A model generated the notes under the pieces. It had not been told where the DNA came from. It ran no database searches and saw only the letters and a list, made by a program, of their open reading frames with translations. Shown here piece by piece: positions 1 through 10,288 of a stretch of 64,000 nucleotides of DNA (positions are counted from its first letter, which is position 1; every line of letters begins with the position of its first letter). Position numbers and translations under genes: made by a program. The stretch comes from Bdellovibrionota bacterium (GTDB lineage: Bacteria > Bdellovibrionota_C > UBA2361 > OMII01), in NCBI GenBank assembly GCA_044345405.1, contig JBIJBE010000018.1, positions 685 to 64,684 on the forward strand, given 5' to 3'.

Positions 1-53
1 CCAAGTTCGTCTATCCATCCGCCAAGCTGATCTCGTTTGGACCGTTTCTAGGG

Positions 54-1121
54 ATGTGTGGGGCGCTGCTCTGGGAACGCCGGGAGTGGTTAGGTCATCG
101 GAAGAAGTTCTCCGTCCTCATGGTGGGATTACTCCTCTTCGCGTTGAGCCAATCGATGCTCTACGCCGCGTCCTTCGGAAAGTTCGTTCTTTTGCCCCCA
201 TTCGTGAGTATTCAGCCGGTCAATGGAGATGCGTCGTTGTACGAGACCCTCACCGTGTATTGGCGTCAGGTCGTTGAGTTCTTTCGGGTGGTGTACTTCG
301 GTTCAAGCGTTACCACTCACTACACCACCCCCGCGACTACGGAGCCCCTGCGCGCGATTCCTTCTCTCGGGATTGTGTTCATGACGATGGTGTTTGTTCA
401 TCTGCTCTTTATGGTTCGAAAACCCTTCGCCTTGATTATCATCGGGATGATAATCGGGGGACTGGTGCCAGCTCTCGCCACCGGTCTTGAGGATCGTCGA
501 TTCTCCTTCGTTCTGGCGCTTCTTCCTTTGCTGGCGATTTTTGAGTTCGTCTGGTTCGTTGATACCCTGATTCGTCCTCGGTTGCCGGGTGTCGCCAAAC
601 TCACGAAGGCTTTGGTATTGGTAAGTACTGGGGTCTGCTTGTGGGCTTATCAGACTGAAGGGTTTTTCTCTCGCCCTGCCGCTCGGCCTATTCAGCATCC
701 CTTCTCTGAGGCGCTTCGAGCTCATATCGTTCCGGATACCCTAGTGGTGAATCTCTCTCCGGAGTTCGGTTGTTCCGTATTCTATGGGATGTACGATCTC
801 ATGAGAGACTCTGGGGGGCGAATAGCGTACACCTACGTCTTCGACTCTCCAGCTAAGGATGTGGAGGGACTCCTGAGCTCCCGGGTCAAAACTAATGAGT
901 GGTACTATCGTGACACCGAATTGGCGAAGCAGGTGAGCGTAGTGGCGGCCCGTCAGGACTGGTCGCGAAAGCTGTTCGTGCTCCAGGGGAGCGCGGTTCG
1001 AGATGATGTGCGGCAGCAGTTGCGCACCCTCTATCCGGCGGGCAAGGAGATCGTTGTAGAAGGGCCCGGAATTCCACCGCTCAGCGGCGTGCTCTTCGAA
1101 ACGCCAAGCGATGCTCCGTAA
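54..1121 (+). CDS. hypothetical polytopic membrane protein with soluble C-terminal domain (true 5' end may lie upstream of window)
   Basis: 355-aa ORF with several hydrophobic helices (LGIVFMTMVFVHLLFMV, FALIIIGMIIGGLVPALA, LALLPLLAIFEFVWFV). No recognisable catalytic motif. Confidence 0.45.
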   Translation: MCGALLWERREWLGHRKKFSVLMVGLLLFALSQSMLYAASFGKFVLLPPFVSIQPVNGDASLYETLTVYWRQVVEFFRVVYFGSSVTTHYTTPATTEPLRAIPSLGIVFMTMVFVHLLFMVRKPFALIIIGMIIGGLVPALATGLEDRRFSFVLALLPLLAIFEFVWFVDTLIRPRLPGVAKLTKALVLVSTGVCLWAYQTEGFFSRPAARPIQHPFSEALRAHIVPDTLVVNLSPEFGCSVFYGMYDLMRDSGGRIAYTYVFDSPAKDVEGLLSSRVKTNEWYYRDTELAKQVSVVAARQDWSRKLFVLQGSAVRDDVRQQLRTLYPAGKEIVVEGPGIPPLSGVLFETPSDAP

Positions 1122-1187
1122 GATTACAATCGAGCACGCCCTCTTAGCGCGGCGCTAGGGCTCGGGTCTGATAAAGCGCGTAGCCTA

Positions 1188-3197
1188 TCACTCTATGAGA
1201 CGAATGATTTCGTTCTCGAAGAGTAGTGAGCCTTGAGGGGTTATGTGATTGTCATCCTTGTACATCACCGTGTTGTTGATGGCGATTGCGCATGTCGAAC
1301 CACTACAGAGAAGGGTGGCGGGATCGAGGATGTCTATCCGTTTAAGTGATGAGGATGCATTCCGTATCACCTCGTCCATCACGTTCTCGGTGAAGCGCTC
1401 CGCTTCACGATGTTCGTTTAGCGTTGTGGCGTTGGTTCGACCGATGAATACCGCTTCCACATCGGCCCTTAGAACAGGCGTAGTTTTCAACAAGGTGACT
1501 GGCGATGTGCGCGCCATCTCGTACACGGTCTCTGGAAGTTTCGCCGCGATAGTTTTTTGACTGGTTTCGACATCCGCTGGTTGATCGGGGTTGGTCGAGA
1601 GGAAGTGAGTCGCGGGTTGGAGATTGCCTCCGACACGCCAACCATTCGCGTACACACTCCAGCGAGCGACCAAGAAGACGTGCTTCGGTTTGATCTGCTC
1701 CACCGTTTTTACGATCGCTCGAGCGCGTTCCGGTACGATACATTGCCGATAATTTGAATGGCCATCGGTACGGATCGCGTCGAGAAGGGGAGGGCATCCA
1801 GGATGTTGGAATAGTATGACCCGCATCTTAAGGCGATTCGCGATGTCGAAGAATACGCTTTTCCACGCTTCCGCGTGAGAGTCTCCCCACACGATGATCG
1901 TCTCAGAGGCTCCCTCCGGGCCGTACAGGAGACACGCGGGAAGCGCTCCACGGTCAATGAGCGCTTCTCGGTCACAGCTCAGGTGCTGGTACCGCTTCTC
2001 AATCTCGATTCCGACCCCGATTCGATCGTTGATGTATCGGCCCATATTGGACGCGACCGCGCGGGACGGAACTCCTTCCTTACTATAGATGAAGTAGCCG
2101 GCGCATATCGCTATCATCATACTCCCCACGAGCGAGATCGTGCGCCAATCGAGCCATTTACTCCTCGACTTTGATGCTCCGAATCGGAGGGGACGCTCCA
2201 CCAAGAAGTAGGTGAGTGTAGAAAGGACGAAGGAAGCTAGAATGAGTTCCCATTTTTCGGTAACTGAGGGCTCTTGAGTCGTGAGAAGTCGGGCAAAGGA
2301 GAAGAGAGGCCAATGGAAGAGGTAGAGTGGGTAACTGATGAGCCCAATTGCTACCATGAGCCCTGACCCGAGCACTCGCGATGAGAACCATGAACGCGGA
2401 TTTCCAGCCAGGACGCACACCGCGCCGAGAACTGGGAGTAGGGTTATGCATCCGGGAAATGGAATTGTTCTGCTCGTGAGCGCTACGCCAACGCCGAGAA
2501 GGAGAATCCCAATACCCGGGAGGTACTTTACCGAAAGGCCAGGCTTGGAACGCACTATAATCTGGACCAACGAGCCGGCCATGAGCTCCCAAAAGCGATA
2601 CTGAGGCAGGAAAAAGGAGTTAACGGGCTCTCCCTTCATGTGCGTTTGGAACATACATGCGCCGAAGGATACCGCCGCGCCGATCGCTACGGCGGGGATG
2701 AGCAGGCGAGTGCGGGCGATAACAAATAAGAAGAGGGGATAGAGGAGATAGAACTGCTCCTCAACGCTGAGTGACCAGAGGTGCAGCAGTGGTTTGTAGT
2801 CCGCGGCGATATCGAAGTAGCCGGCCTCGGAAAAAAGGGCGATGTTTTGGAAGAAGAGACCGCTCGCGACTACATGCCATCCAAGCTGTTTGTACTCGTT
2901 GTTACTGAGAAGCCACCAGCCGGCTGTCATGACTGAGAACAATACGACGAGGAGGGCAGGAAATATTCTTCGAATACGTCGATGATAGAATCGTAGGATG
3001 GTGAATCGATCGGTATCGATATCGTTGAGGATAATTCCCGTGATGAGAAATCCTGAGATAACGAAAAACACATCAACCCCGATGAACCCTCCAGGTACCC
3101 ATTCAGGGAAGGCATGGAAGGCGATCACGATCAGAACGGAGATAGCTCGAAGCCCATCGATATCCCGCCTATAATTTTGAATCGATTCATGTGACAT
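1188..3197 (-). CDS. acyltransferase family 3 (OafA/YrhL-like O-acyltransferase) fused to SGNH/GDSL-like domain
   Basis: 669 aa. N-terminal ~350 aa is polytopic with the acyltransferase-3 start (DGLRAISVLIVIAFH). The soluble C-terminal domain has a GDSH motif (IIVWGDSHAEAW). Confidence 0.8.
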   Translation of the reverse strand: MSHESIQNYRRDIDGLRAISVLIVIAFHAFPEWVPGGFIGVDVFFVISGFLITGIILNDIDTDRFTILRFYHRRIRRIFPALLVVLFSVMTAGWWLLSNNEYKQLGWHVVASGLFFQNIALFSEAGYFDIAADYKPLLHLWSLSVEEQFYLLYPLFLFVIARTRLLIPAVAIGAAVSFGACMFQTHMKGEPVNSFFLPQYRFWELMAGSLVQIIVRSKPGLSVKYLPGIGILLLGVGVALTSRTIPFPGCITLLPVLGAVCVLAGNPRSWFSSRVLGSGLMVAIGLISYPLYLFHWPLFSFARLLTTQEPSVTEKWELILASFVLSTLTYFLVERPLRFGASKSRSKWLDWRTISLVGSMMIAICAGYFIYSKEGVPSRAVASNMGRYINDRIGVGIEIEKRYQHLSCDREALIDRGALPACLLYGPEGASETIIVWGDSHAEAWKSVFFDIANRLKMRVILFQHPGCPPLLDAIRTDGHSNYRQCIVPERARAIVKTVEQIKPKHVFLVARWSVYANGWRVGGNLQPATHFLSTNPDQPADVETSQKTIAAKLPETVYEMARTSPVTLLKTTPVLRADVEAVFIGRTNATTLNEHREAERFTENVMDEVIRNASSSLKRIDILDPATLLCSGSTCAIAINNTVMYKDDNHITPQGSLLFENEIIRLIE

Positions 3198-3225
3198 ACA
3201 ACCTTCTCCAGCTATGTATCGAGAG

Positions 3226-4971
3226 CTACTGCCTCGTGTCAGTGGGATTTCCTACCTCGGCAACAGGCTTCTGTTCGTACGTGTACGCGATGAGGGCTTG
3301 CGGCGCGTTCTTCACCTGAGGAAGCCGAATAACCTGACCAAGGACAACCCCATCGGGTAGCGGTTTTGCTCCCGTCACGAACGGTTCCGTTTCATCGACC
3401 CCGCCAACATACAATCCGAGGAAAGGTCCCGTTGGTTCGGGTCTTGGCGGGATAACAGGAAAAGCCTTTCGAGTGTGTTCCGCCCTGGGGAAATAATAGG
3501 AGGCATAATCCGGAAACGTCTGTACGTGTGGTGTGCTCATGAAGAAAGAACCGAGGGTAAGGTATTCGACCTTTTTGTTGGAGAGCTGGCTGTATATCTG
3601 ATCGAGTACCTCCGCGTGTGGGAAGGAGTGGAGCCTTCGGACGCCCAGTTCCCGATCGAAGGAGCGAGATTGATAGAAGGCCAACATGAGATGAAGCCCG
3701 AGGAGGGTGAGGCAGACTATCGGAAAGAGAACCTTGGGCAGTTTTGTCCTAAGAGCGCCAAATCCGAAAAATATGATCAGGCCGAGTACCGGTAGTATCG
3801 GAAGCGCTCTGTGGAGAGCGAAGGGGATCGGAGGCGCGGCGTACCCCTTGGAATAGGCCGCGAGTAAAAGGTGAGCGATACACCACCCAAACGCGGCTAA
3901 CCCAAGGACGCGAAGCTTGGAATTAGTAAAGGTCAAAACAAGGAAGAGGGCGAGTGCGGCGGCTCCCATTGAGAAAGCGCTTGAGTGCGCCCACTCTGTG
4001 CCCCATCGGGTGTAGAAAATCGCCGTAAGCAGAGGTGAGAGGGTGGATTCAATCGTTGAGGGAGAGTACTGAGTTCCGTCGACGAGTCGGATGTCGGCTC
4101 TGTGCGCGAGGCTCAGAGCGAAGTGAGCTACTGAATAGAGCATGATCCCGGCGAAGGCACTCCAGCGAGACCGGAAAGTCGGAAGGTTTCCGACCGCCAT
4201 AAGAGCGAGCATGCCGGCTGCGAAAAAGTACACAGAGACTGCTGGAGTGTATGAAAAGAGAAGATACTGGAGGGAGAGAAGTGAGAGGCCTATGTTCCAA
4301 ACTGTAAAGTTGAACGCGCACTGTAGGAGAAGCCCCAGAGCGAGTAAGGTGAGGCTGAAGGGGAAAACCGATTGCTCGTACGCGAAGGTCAGGAAGAAGT
4401 AAAAGTAAGATTGCAGAGGTACGAGGATAGCGGTCATGAGGAGGAGGTAGCCTCCGTAGCCCTTATCGATTGCCGCTTTCAGTCCGGCCACATAGGCAAG
4501 GAATCCGAGTACCAGGAAGAAGATGTAGGGAGCGTTGAGAGCGAACGTGCTTGGACCGAGTACGTTAAAGAGCATCGCCTGCGGGAGGTACTGTCTCGTG
4601 TTATACCCGAGAAAGCACCAAGAGTAGGCAGCTTTGATGGCGCCGTTCTGACCATTAAGCTTTTCTATACCGCACGACGCTTGGCGGGTAGATTCCTGAT
4701 GCATCGTGATCGGGTTATAGAACTCGGAAAGAGGGGGGTACAAAATCGTCGCGAGGAGAACGAGGACCGCGAGAGAGCCCACGATATTCGTGACGGTCCA
4801 GAATGAGCGTCGCGCTACCACTTTTACAAACGAGAAAAGAACTGAGGCGGTGACGACTCCGATCCCAAGTAACCACAGGTAGTAGGTTAGTGGAGTGCCG
4901 ATAGGGGTGAGACCCTCGATCAGATCGAGGACAAATATCGCGATAGCTATGGCAAGAGGAATGTATCTCAT
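3226..4971 (-). CDS. large polytopic integral membrane protein (GT-C-like glycosyltransferase candidate)
   Basis: 581 aa with more than 12 predicted TM helices. ATGA start/stop overlap with the upstream membrane protein gene indicates translational coupling. Confidence 0.45.
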   Translation of the reverse strand: MRYIPLAIAIAIFVLDLIEGLTPIGTPLTYYLWLLGIGVVTASVLFSFVKVVARRSFWTVTNIVGSLAVLVLLATILYPPLSEFYNPITMHQESTRQASCGIEKLNGQNGAIKAAYSWCFLGYNTRQYLPQAMLFNVLGPSTFALNAPYIFFLVLGFLAYVAGLKAAIDKGYGGYLLLMTAILVPLQSYFYFFLTFAYEQSVFPFSLTLLALGLLLQCAFNFTVWNIGLSLLSLQYLLFSYTPAVSVYFFAAGMLALMAVGNLPTFRSRWSAFAGIMLYSVAHFALSLAHRADIRLVDGTQYSPSTIESTLSPLLTAIFYTRWGTEWAHSSAFSMGAAALALFLVLTFTNSKLRVLGLAAFGWCIAHLLLAAYSKGYAAPPIPFALHRALPILPVLGLIIFFGFGALRTKLPKVLFPIVCLTLLGLHLMLAFYQSRSFDRELGVRRLHSFPHAEVLDQIYSQLSNKKVEYLTLGSFFMSTPHVQTFPDYASYYFPRAEHTRKAFPVIPPRPEPTGPFLGLYVGGVDETEPFVTGAKPLPDGVVLGQVIRLPQVKNAPQALIAYTYEQKPVAEVGNPTDTRQ

Positions 4972-7094
4972 CTCACGTTAGGGGCATACAAGGCAGCCCC
5001 TCCTTCTTGATGTAGTAAGGTAAAGAACTCGTTGTTCGTTTCGAATTTTTTGAAGGCGGCTGATCCACTCGCTTCAGGGTAGGTTTGTCGTTCAGTGTCA
5101 GACACGACGAAATAGTCGATGCCGTTGTCCCGTAAGATCTCAAAGGCGCGCTTTGAGTCCGATGTAGTGTAGAATTCGTTGATCAGATCGCGTCTTCTGA
5201 GAAGCTCCTGGTGGGGAACTCCTCGCTTAACTGTGTGAGCCTCCCAGTGGGCGAAATTTGGAAATCCGAGGTGGAGGGTCACACGTCCGAGTCCTCCGGC
5301 TCCCCAGGAGTCAAGGATGCGCGGGAAACCTTGGATATGCGCGGACATCCACTTGAGGAGCCTCCCCATATCCCTCTCAGAGTTCAGGATCGCGGTTACG
5401 CCGTCGAGCTCTGGCTCTCGCAATCGTCTCATGAGGTCAGGAAGGGTTGTCTTGATTAAGAACGCCCCCGAGGTCAGAGCGAGGACAATAGTGCTCACTT
5501 GCAGCGCTCGGGCTAGCTTGCTTCCCGTGGTACTCCAATTCGCGAGCCAGATGATACCCGCCAGCCAGAGTAGCGCGGAGAGTTGGAAGTAGATTTTGAA
5601 GAGTGTGATGGTGCGATCAAAGACAACTACGAACTCGATTGTGAAGAGAAGGAGCGCGCTGGCGAGAAGCAACTGGCGAGCAACAAGCGAGACCGATGGA
5701 TTAAGAACCACAATCGCTATCAGGAGTCCAGCTACCCCTTGAGCCGCGATCTGAGAGGCGGAGAATGGATTTCCAATACGATAGTGAAGGAGATAGGCGA
5801 GAGCGATCGTCGTTGCGAAAAGGAGAGCGGCTGACACGGATCGTTTCATCGAAGCCCCATCCTTGAGTCGGGGGAGGGCTCCCAGTGTGATGAGGGCGAG
5901 GGGGAATCCCAGGAAGAGGAGCACCTCACCGATGGTCACCCACTCACTTTTGAGAACTCCAACCTCTATCGGCTTCGAGCCGAGTATGGATGGAAAGAAT
6001 GGTGCGCACGTGCCGAGAGCCACAACACCGGCCCATACTAATTGCGGGAGAAGGGATAGTACTCGTCGAGACTCAGTCAGAGCTATCGCGAGGAAGATCG
6101 TCATGACCATGAAAACATCCCATGTGTTGGAAATGGGAGCCATGCCGGCGGTGAACCCAAGGAAGGTCGCTATTCCCCACGAGGATCTTGTATCTGTGGA
6201 ACGGAAGAGCGCGAGAAGGAAGAACGCGCAGGTTATGCCTAAGAAGAGGCCGATGTTGTGCGCGTGCAGATCCGCGAAGAGGAAGCTCCATAGAGGAAAT
6301 TCGCTGAAGTGCCCTTGATTGAATACTCGACTGCTCTTCCAGAAGAGCTCGGGATGTATCGGGGCGCCTTCGAAGACCAATGACCACAGGGTTTGAACGT
6401 TACCCGCGAAGAGACACACTACAGAGAATGTAAACGCTTGGAGCTGTCGTAAGCCAGCTAGTCGCAAGATAGCGTAGCATGCGACGGCTAAGCCGGCGGC
6501 GTCGGTCGATACCGCGAGCCCATACCCAACTGCCGATGGAATGCCGCTCAGGCGGTGCCACAGCGCGTGAGCAAAACTACCGAAATAGTAGTATTGCATG
6601 CGCATGCCAGCCGCCCATGGATCCTGTGGTGGAAGTTGGTCGTTGTGAATGAAGAAATTGAGGAAGGTGAAATTCATCACCTTCTCTCCGCCGCCAAGGA
6701 TGCAGTGAAGAGACCAGATGAAGGTGAAGCCGAAGTAGATGATGAGGAAAAGGAGCTCAGGTACTACGATCGAGCGCACGTGCTCTCTGAGCGCAGAGAA
6801 TTTGAAGTTGCATGACTGTCCAACCAAAAGGGCGCCAAGGATCGTCAATCCCACAAACGTCGCGCGGATCAAACCGTTGTGTAACTCGTACACCCCAAGG
6901 GAGGCCGGTGCCGCGATGATCCACGCGAAGCCGAAGAGGCCGAGCACTTTGGCGACACCCCAGGACACATCTTTGGGGATGTCTCGTATTCGAGACAGAA
7001 GTCCATAAAAGAAGAGGGTCGCGGGCAAGAAGAGCGCGGCCCAAAAAAACACGTAAATAAGCTGGAGGACAAAAGAAACAGGAGATTCAGCCAT
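4968..7094 (-). CDS. DUF2298 / Chlor_Arch_YYY-domain integral membrane protein
   Basis: 708 aa. N-terminal ~560 aa is polytopic and carries the conserved YYY motif (MRMQYYYFGSFAHALW). The last ~150 aa form a soluble domain. Confidence 0.55.
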   Translation of the reverse strand: MAESPVSFVLQLIYVFFWAALFLPATLFFYGLLSRIRDIPKDVSWGVAKVLGLFGFAWIIAAPASLGVYELHNGLIRATFVGLTILGALLVGQSCNFKFSALREHVRSIVVPELLFLIIYFGFTFIWSLHCILGGGEKVMNFTFLNFFIHNDQLPPQDPWAAGMRMQYYYFGSFAHALWHRLSGIPSAVGYGLAVSTDAAGLAVACYAILRLAGLRQLQAFTFSVVCLFAGNVQTLWSLVFEGAPIHPELFWKSSRVFNQGHFSEFPLWSFLFADLHAHNIGLFLGITCAFFLLALFRSTDTRSSWGIATFLGFTAGMAPISNTWDVFMVMTIFLAIALTESRRVLSLLPQLVWAGVVALGTCAPFFPSILGSKPIEVGVLKSEWVTIGEVLLFLGFPLALITLGALPRLKDGASMKRSVSAALLFATTIALAYLLHYRIGNPFSASQIAAQGVAGLLIAIVVLNPSVSLVARQLLLASALLLFTIEFVVVFDRTITLFKIYFQLSALLWLAGIIWLANWSTTGSKLARALQVSTIVLALTSGAFLIKTTLPDLMRRLREPELDGVTAILNSERDMGRLLKWMSAHIQGFPRILDSWGAGGLGRVTLHLGFPNFAHWEAHTVKRGVPHQELLRRRDLINEFYTTSDSKRAFEILRDNGIDYFVVSDTERQTYPEASGSAAFKKFETNNEFFTLLHQEGGAALYAPNVR

Positions 7095-7673
7095 GAAAAG
7101 TTTCTAGCACCGCTGTGGGAGTTCGCTCCATAGACAAAAGTTGCTCATCGGGGACCCGAATAGATGACCCGACGATGAGTCGGAGAACATCGGCTGAACC
7201 CGCACAGCCTTATGTTTCCGGTTACACTGGTACGTTGGTTGTGATGATTCCCTGCATAGAAAAGAAGCGGTGAAACGGGTAGATGGTCTCCCCCTGTGAC
7301 GTGCATCCATTGTTTGAATGAATCGCGCTTCTCCAGGTCTCTCAATTAGTCCAAGGCAGGTGGAGTATCTCCGGGATATTCGAACGGCATTTTGCTATTC
7401 GCGATTCTCGTAACTGCCGGGCGGGGCACTGGGCGATTCCATCGCAAGGTGAGAACGAATTGGAGCCATTTGAAATGGAGCTCGGGTGTTTTTGTGTGTA
7501 GCTCGAGCGTTGGATCTTTCGTGTTTCCCCATGAGAGTGTCTCGATAGCTAGTCCCGGCGAAGCCAAGCGAGAGTTGTATCAAGCGAGAATGATGTATGG
7601 CGAGAATGAGTAATGGCGCAGGAGCAAACCCACCATGCCGCGTTTTCATTGGGAAAGAATGGGAGGAACGATA

Positions 7674-7747
7674 AGGCCCGAGCCGGATTCGAACCGGCGA
7701 ATGACGGTTTTGCAAACCGTTGCCTTAGCCAACTTGGCGATCGGGCC
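7674..7747 (-). tRNA. tRNA-Cys (anticodon GCA), no encoded CCA
   Basis: The reverse complement folds as a cloverleaf: acceptor GGCCCGA/TCGGGCC, anticodon stem ACGGT/ACCGT with loop TTGCAAA (U33-GCA-A37), T-arm GCCGG-TTCGAAT-CCGGC, discriminator U. Confidence 0.85.
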
Positions 7748-7980
7748 AGAAGAAGACTGGAAGAGGGGTTGTATCGTGATAGCGGCAAAATATCAATAAG
7801 TGATGGAGGTTGCCTGACCGCCTGGCTCAACCGTAGGTGGCGGTCAGGGGTGGTTAAATGTCGGCATATTAACCACTTACGCGCGCCTCGTTAAAAATTA
7901 TCGAAAACGCTCCCATTCGTAACAGTCTGCCGAAATCTGACGAAACTATATCTAGTGATAAGACTACTTCCTTTCTGCAT

Positions 7981-8016
7981 GGGTGGTCCTGGCAAACCAG
8001 GACCACCCTTTTTTAT
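7981..8016 (+). terminator. rho-independent terminator (12-bp perfect stem, CAAA loop, T7 tract)
   Basis: gggtggtcctgg-caaa-ccaggaccaccc followed by ttttttatttctt. It is only U-rich on the + strand. Confidence 0.65.
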
Positions 8017-8115
8017 TTCTTGGCCCGGTCGTTGAGCTTCTCTCGCTCTTTTTTCTCACGGTTTAATTGTGTAACATTCGGCCCGTAAAAGATTTTTTGC
8101 TGCGGGTTAGTACAC

Positions 8116-8445
8116 ATGGCTTACGTTGTTACTGTAAATTGTCTGGGAACCAAGGATCGTTCGTGCGTTGAGGTTTGCCCGGTTGACTGCTTCTACAACA
8201 TTAAGAAAAAGCAACTCAACGACAAGTACGGTCGTGAGGCTAAGGGCGAAGACGTTGGAATGCTCATGATTAATCCTGATGAGTGTATTCACTGTGGCGC
8301 GTGCGAGACCGAGTGCCCTGTTGAGGCTATCTTTGAGGATTCTGGCGTTCCAGAAAACCTGAAAGACTTCGTCGCTCTTAACTCCGAGGAGACAACCTCG
8401 ATGGGTGAGTCGGATCTCGATGCCGCTCGCTGTACTTCTAAGTAG
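8116..8445 (+). CDS. fdxA: 7Fe ferredoxin (3Fe-4S/4Fe-4S), FdxA-type
   Basis: MAYVVT..CxxxxxxCxxxCP plus a second CIHCGACETECP cluster motif. 109 aa. Confidence 0.85.
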   Translation: MAYVVTVNCLGTKDRSCVEVCPVDCFYNIKKKQLNDKYGREAKGEDVGMLMINPDECIHCGACETECPVEAIFEDSGVPENLKDFVALNSEETTSMGESDLDAARCTSK

Positions 8446-8617
8446 GGCAGTGGCTCTCTTACGTAGCGCGCCTTCCACTTATTTCAAGAAAACGTGGACA
8501 TTTCCGGTGTTCGACCACAACTAGTGGTTGTGCGCATGGGGTGTCCATGTCACTTTTAAGAAAAGGCGCGGTTTGATAAATCGCCCTTGTCATCGCTAAC
8601 TCGTACGTTTTGGCCCC

Positions 8618-10288
8618 ATGAAGAGAGCTTCCGCTTTAGCCCTGATCCTTTCTACGCTCATGGTAGGGTCTGCCTACTCGGCCGACGCTACACCTGGACT
8701 CGGCTCTAATTTGGGGCTTCAGAGTGGCATGCGCGAGTCCAGCGTAGCCAGCCCATTTCAGGTGCCCCCGAAGTTGAGGGCGCGGGTTGATTTCTGGAAA
8801 GACGTTTTCGCGAAGTATGGGCGAAACCAGGTGGTCATTCATCACCGTGAATTCCCGCAGGTGGTATTTGGGGTGCTCGATTTCTCCGCTGAAGCCGAGA
8901 CGATGAATGACGTCGAGCTTGAGCGATATAAGGATCGGGTGGAGAAGGAGACCGTCCTCTCGATGAAGCAACAGATTCGCAAGCTGGTTGCTGGCGAGGA
9001 CCCCTCCACCCCATTCCAAGAGAGTTTCGTCGAGAAGATGGAGACGATTCCTGATTCCGCTCGATCGTATCGACGATTGTTAGACGAGGATCTTATACGC
9101 ACACAGACCGGTATCCGTGAACGGTACGCGCAAGCGATCGGACGGGCGTGGAAGTATATCCCGGTCATGGAGCAGATATTTACCTCCGAATACGGACTTC
9201 CCAAAGAGCTCACCCGACTTCCATTTATTGAGAGCTCTTTTGACTACACAGCGTATAGCAGTGTTGGTGCCGCCGGTATCTGGCAATTCATGCCGCGTAC
9301 CGCGCGGTCCCATCGGATGCTCGTGGGGCGGTATGTTGACGAGCGACGCGATCCGGTGAAAGCGACAAGGGGAGCCGCGGAGTATCTCCGAATCGCGTAT
9401 CAGGAGCTCGGCGCATGGCCTCTCGCCATCACCTCATACAATCACGGCGTTGGCGGCGTTCGTTCAAAGGTTCGAGCAGCGGGTACCTCAAACCTCGCTG
9501 ACATTATTGAGCATCCCTCAGAGCGTTTCTTCGGCTTCGCCTCAACGAACTTCTATCCTGAGTTCCTCGCCGCGGTGGAGATCTTCCAAGATCACGACAA
9601 GTACTTTCCTGAAGTTTCGGTACAGCCGCCCCTCCGGCTTGTGGCCTATCCGGTGCGGTCGCCGATGTCTACGACGCAGGCCTCTCGTCAGCTGGGCGTT
9701 CCACTTGAGAGTTTGAGGGAAGCTAATTACGCCTTGCTGGATCCGGTGTGGAAGGGTGCGGCGAAGATCCCCGCTGGATACGTTCTTCAGGTGCCTGTTC
9801 AGTATACCGACAAGATGAATGAGGTCCGCACTCCGGAGCCGATAAAGTCACGGATCGTGACCACCTCGTCGGGAGAGGGGAGAATGTATCGAGTTACTCG
9901 CAAGGATTCGTTGCAGTCCATCGCGAACCGATTCAACACAACCCCGGAACGGATTGCGCAGATGAATCGTCTGACACGGAATGAGGTGGAGTTGGGGCAG
10001 GTATTGTTGGTTCCTCAGAAGGGCTCGACATCGAGCGCTCAGGCTCCTCTTCCAGACGCTCTGGTGGTCACCGCGCAGGAGCCAGCGCCTGAGGCCGCCG
10101 TTGTGAAGGTACCCTCATCCCCGAAGAAAACGGCATCAGCTCCCTCCGTTCGGAGTCACAAGGTTCGCAAGGGTGAGACCTTAGGTTCCATTGCGGCACG
10201 ATACGGCAGGTCCATTGCCGATATGAAACGCGCTAATAAGATGCGCGGCTCCACCGTTCTTGTCGGACAGGTGCTTCGAATTCCGTAA
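8618..10288 (+). CDS. membrane-bound lytic murein transglycosylase (MltD-like) with two C-terminal LysM domains
   Basis: Signal peptide; SLT catalytic motif (ESSFDYTAYSSVGAAGIWQFMPRTAR); two LysM repeats (YRVTRKDSLQSIANRF..., HKVRKGETLGSIAARYG...). Confidence 0.8.
   Translation: MKRASALALILSTLMVGSAYSADATPGLGSNLGLQSGMRESSVASPFQVPPKLRARVDFWKDVFAKYGRNQVVIHHREFPQVVFGVLDFSAEAETMNDVELERYKDRVEKETVLSMKQQIRKLVAGEDPSTPFQESFVEKMETIPDSARSYRRLLDEDLIRTQTGIRERYAQAIGRAWKYIPVMEQIFTSEYGLPKELTRLPFIESSFDYTAYSSVGAAGIWQFMPRTARSHRMLVGRYVDERRDPVKATRGAAEYLRIAYQELGAWPLAITSYNHGVGGVRSKVRAAGTSNLADIIEHPSERFFGFASTNFYPEFLAAVEIFQDHDKYFPEVSVQPPLRLVAYPVRSPMSTTQASRQLGVPLESLREANYALLDPVWKGAAKIPAGYVLQVPVQYTDKMNEVRTPEPIKSRIVTTSSGEGRMYRVTRKDSLQSIANRFNTTPERIAQMNRLTRNEVELGQVLLVPQKGSTSSAQAPLPDALVVTAQEPAPEAAVVKVPSSPKKTASAPSVRSHKVRKGETLGSIAARYGRSIADMKRANKMRGSTVLVGQVLRIP

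Noticed and set aside
7674-7747. Checked whether tRNA-Cys marks an integrated element, looking for an integrase and a direct repeat of the tRNA 3' end downstream.
   Set aside because: There is no integrase, excisionase or phage-like gene within 10 kb on either side. No duplicated 3' tRNA segment was seen.
7613-7894. 93-aa + strand ORF spanning tRNA-Cys.
   Set aside because: It overlaps a well-folded tRNA gene on the opposite strand, and its composition is non-protein-like.
7750-8016. Tried to assign the putative sRNA region to tmRNA, 6S, SRP or RNase P RNA.
   Set aside because: None of the hallmark conserved segments were recognisable by eye. It stays an unclassified candidate pending a covariance-model scan.
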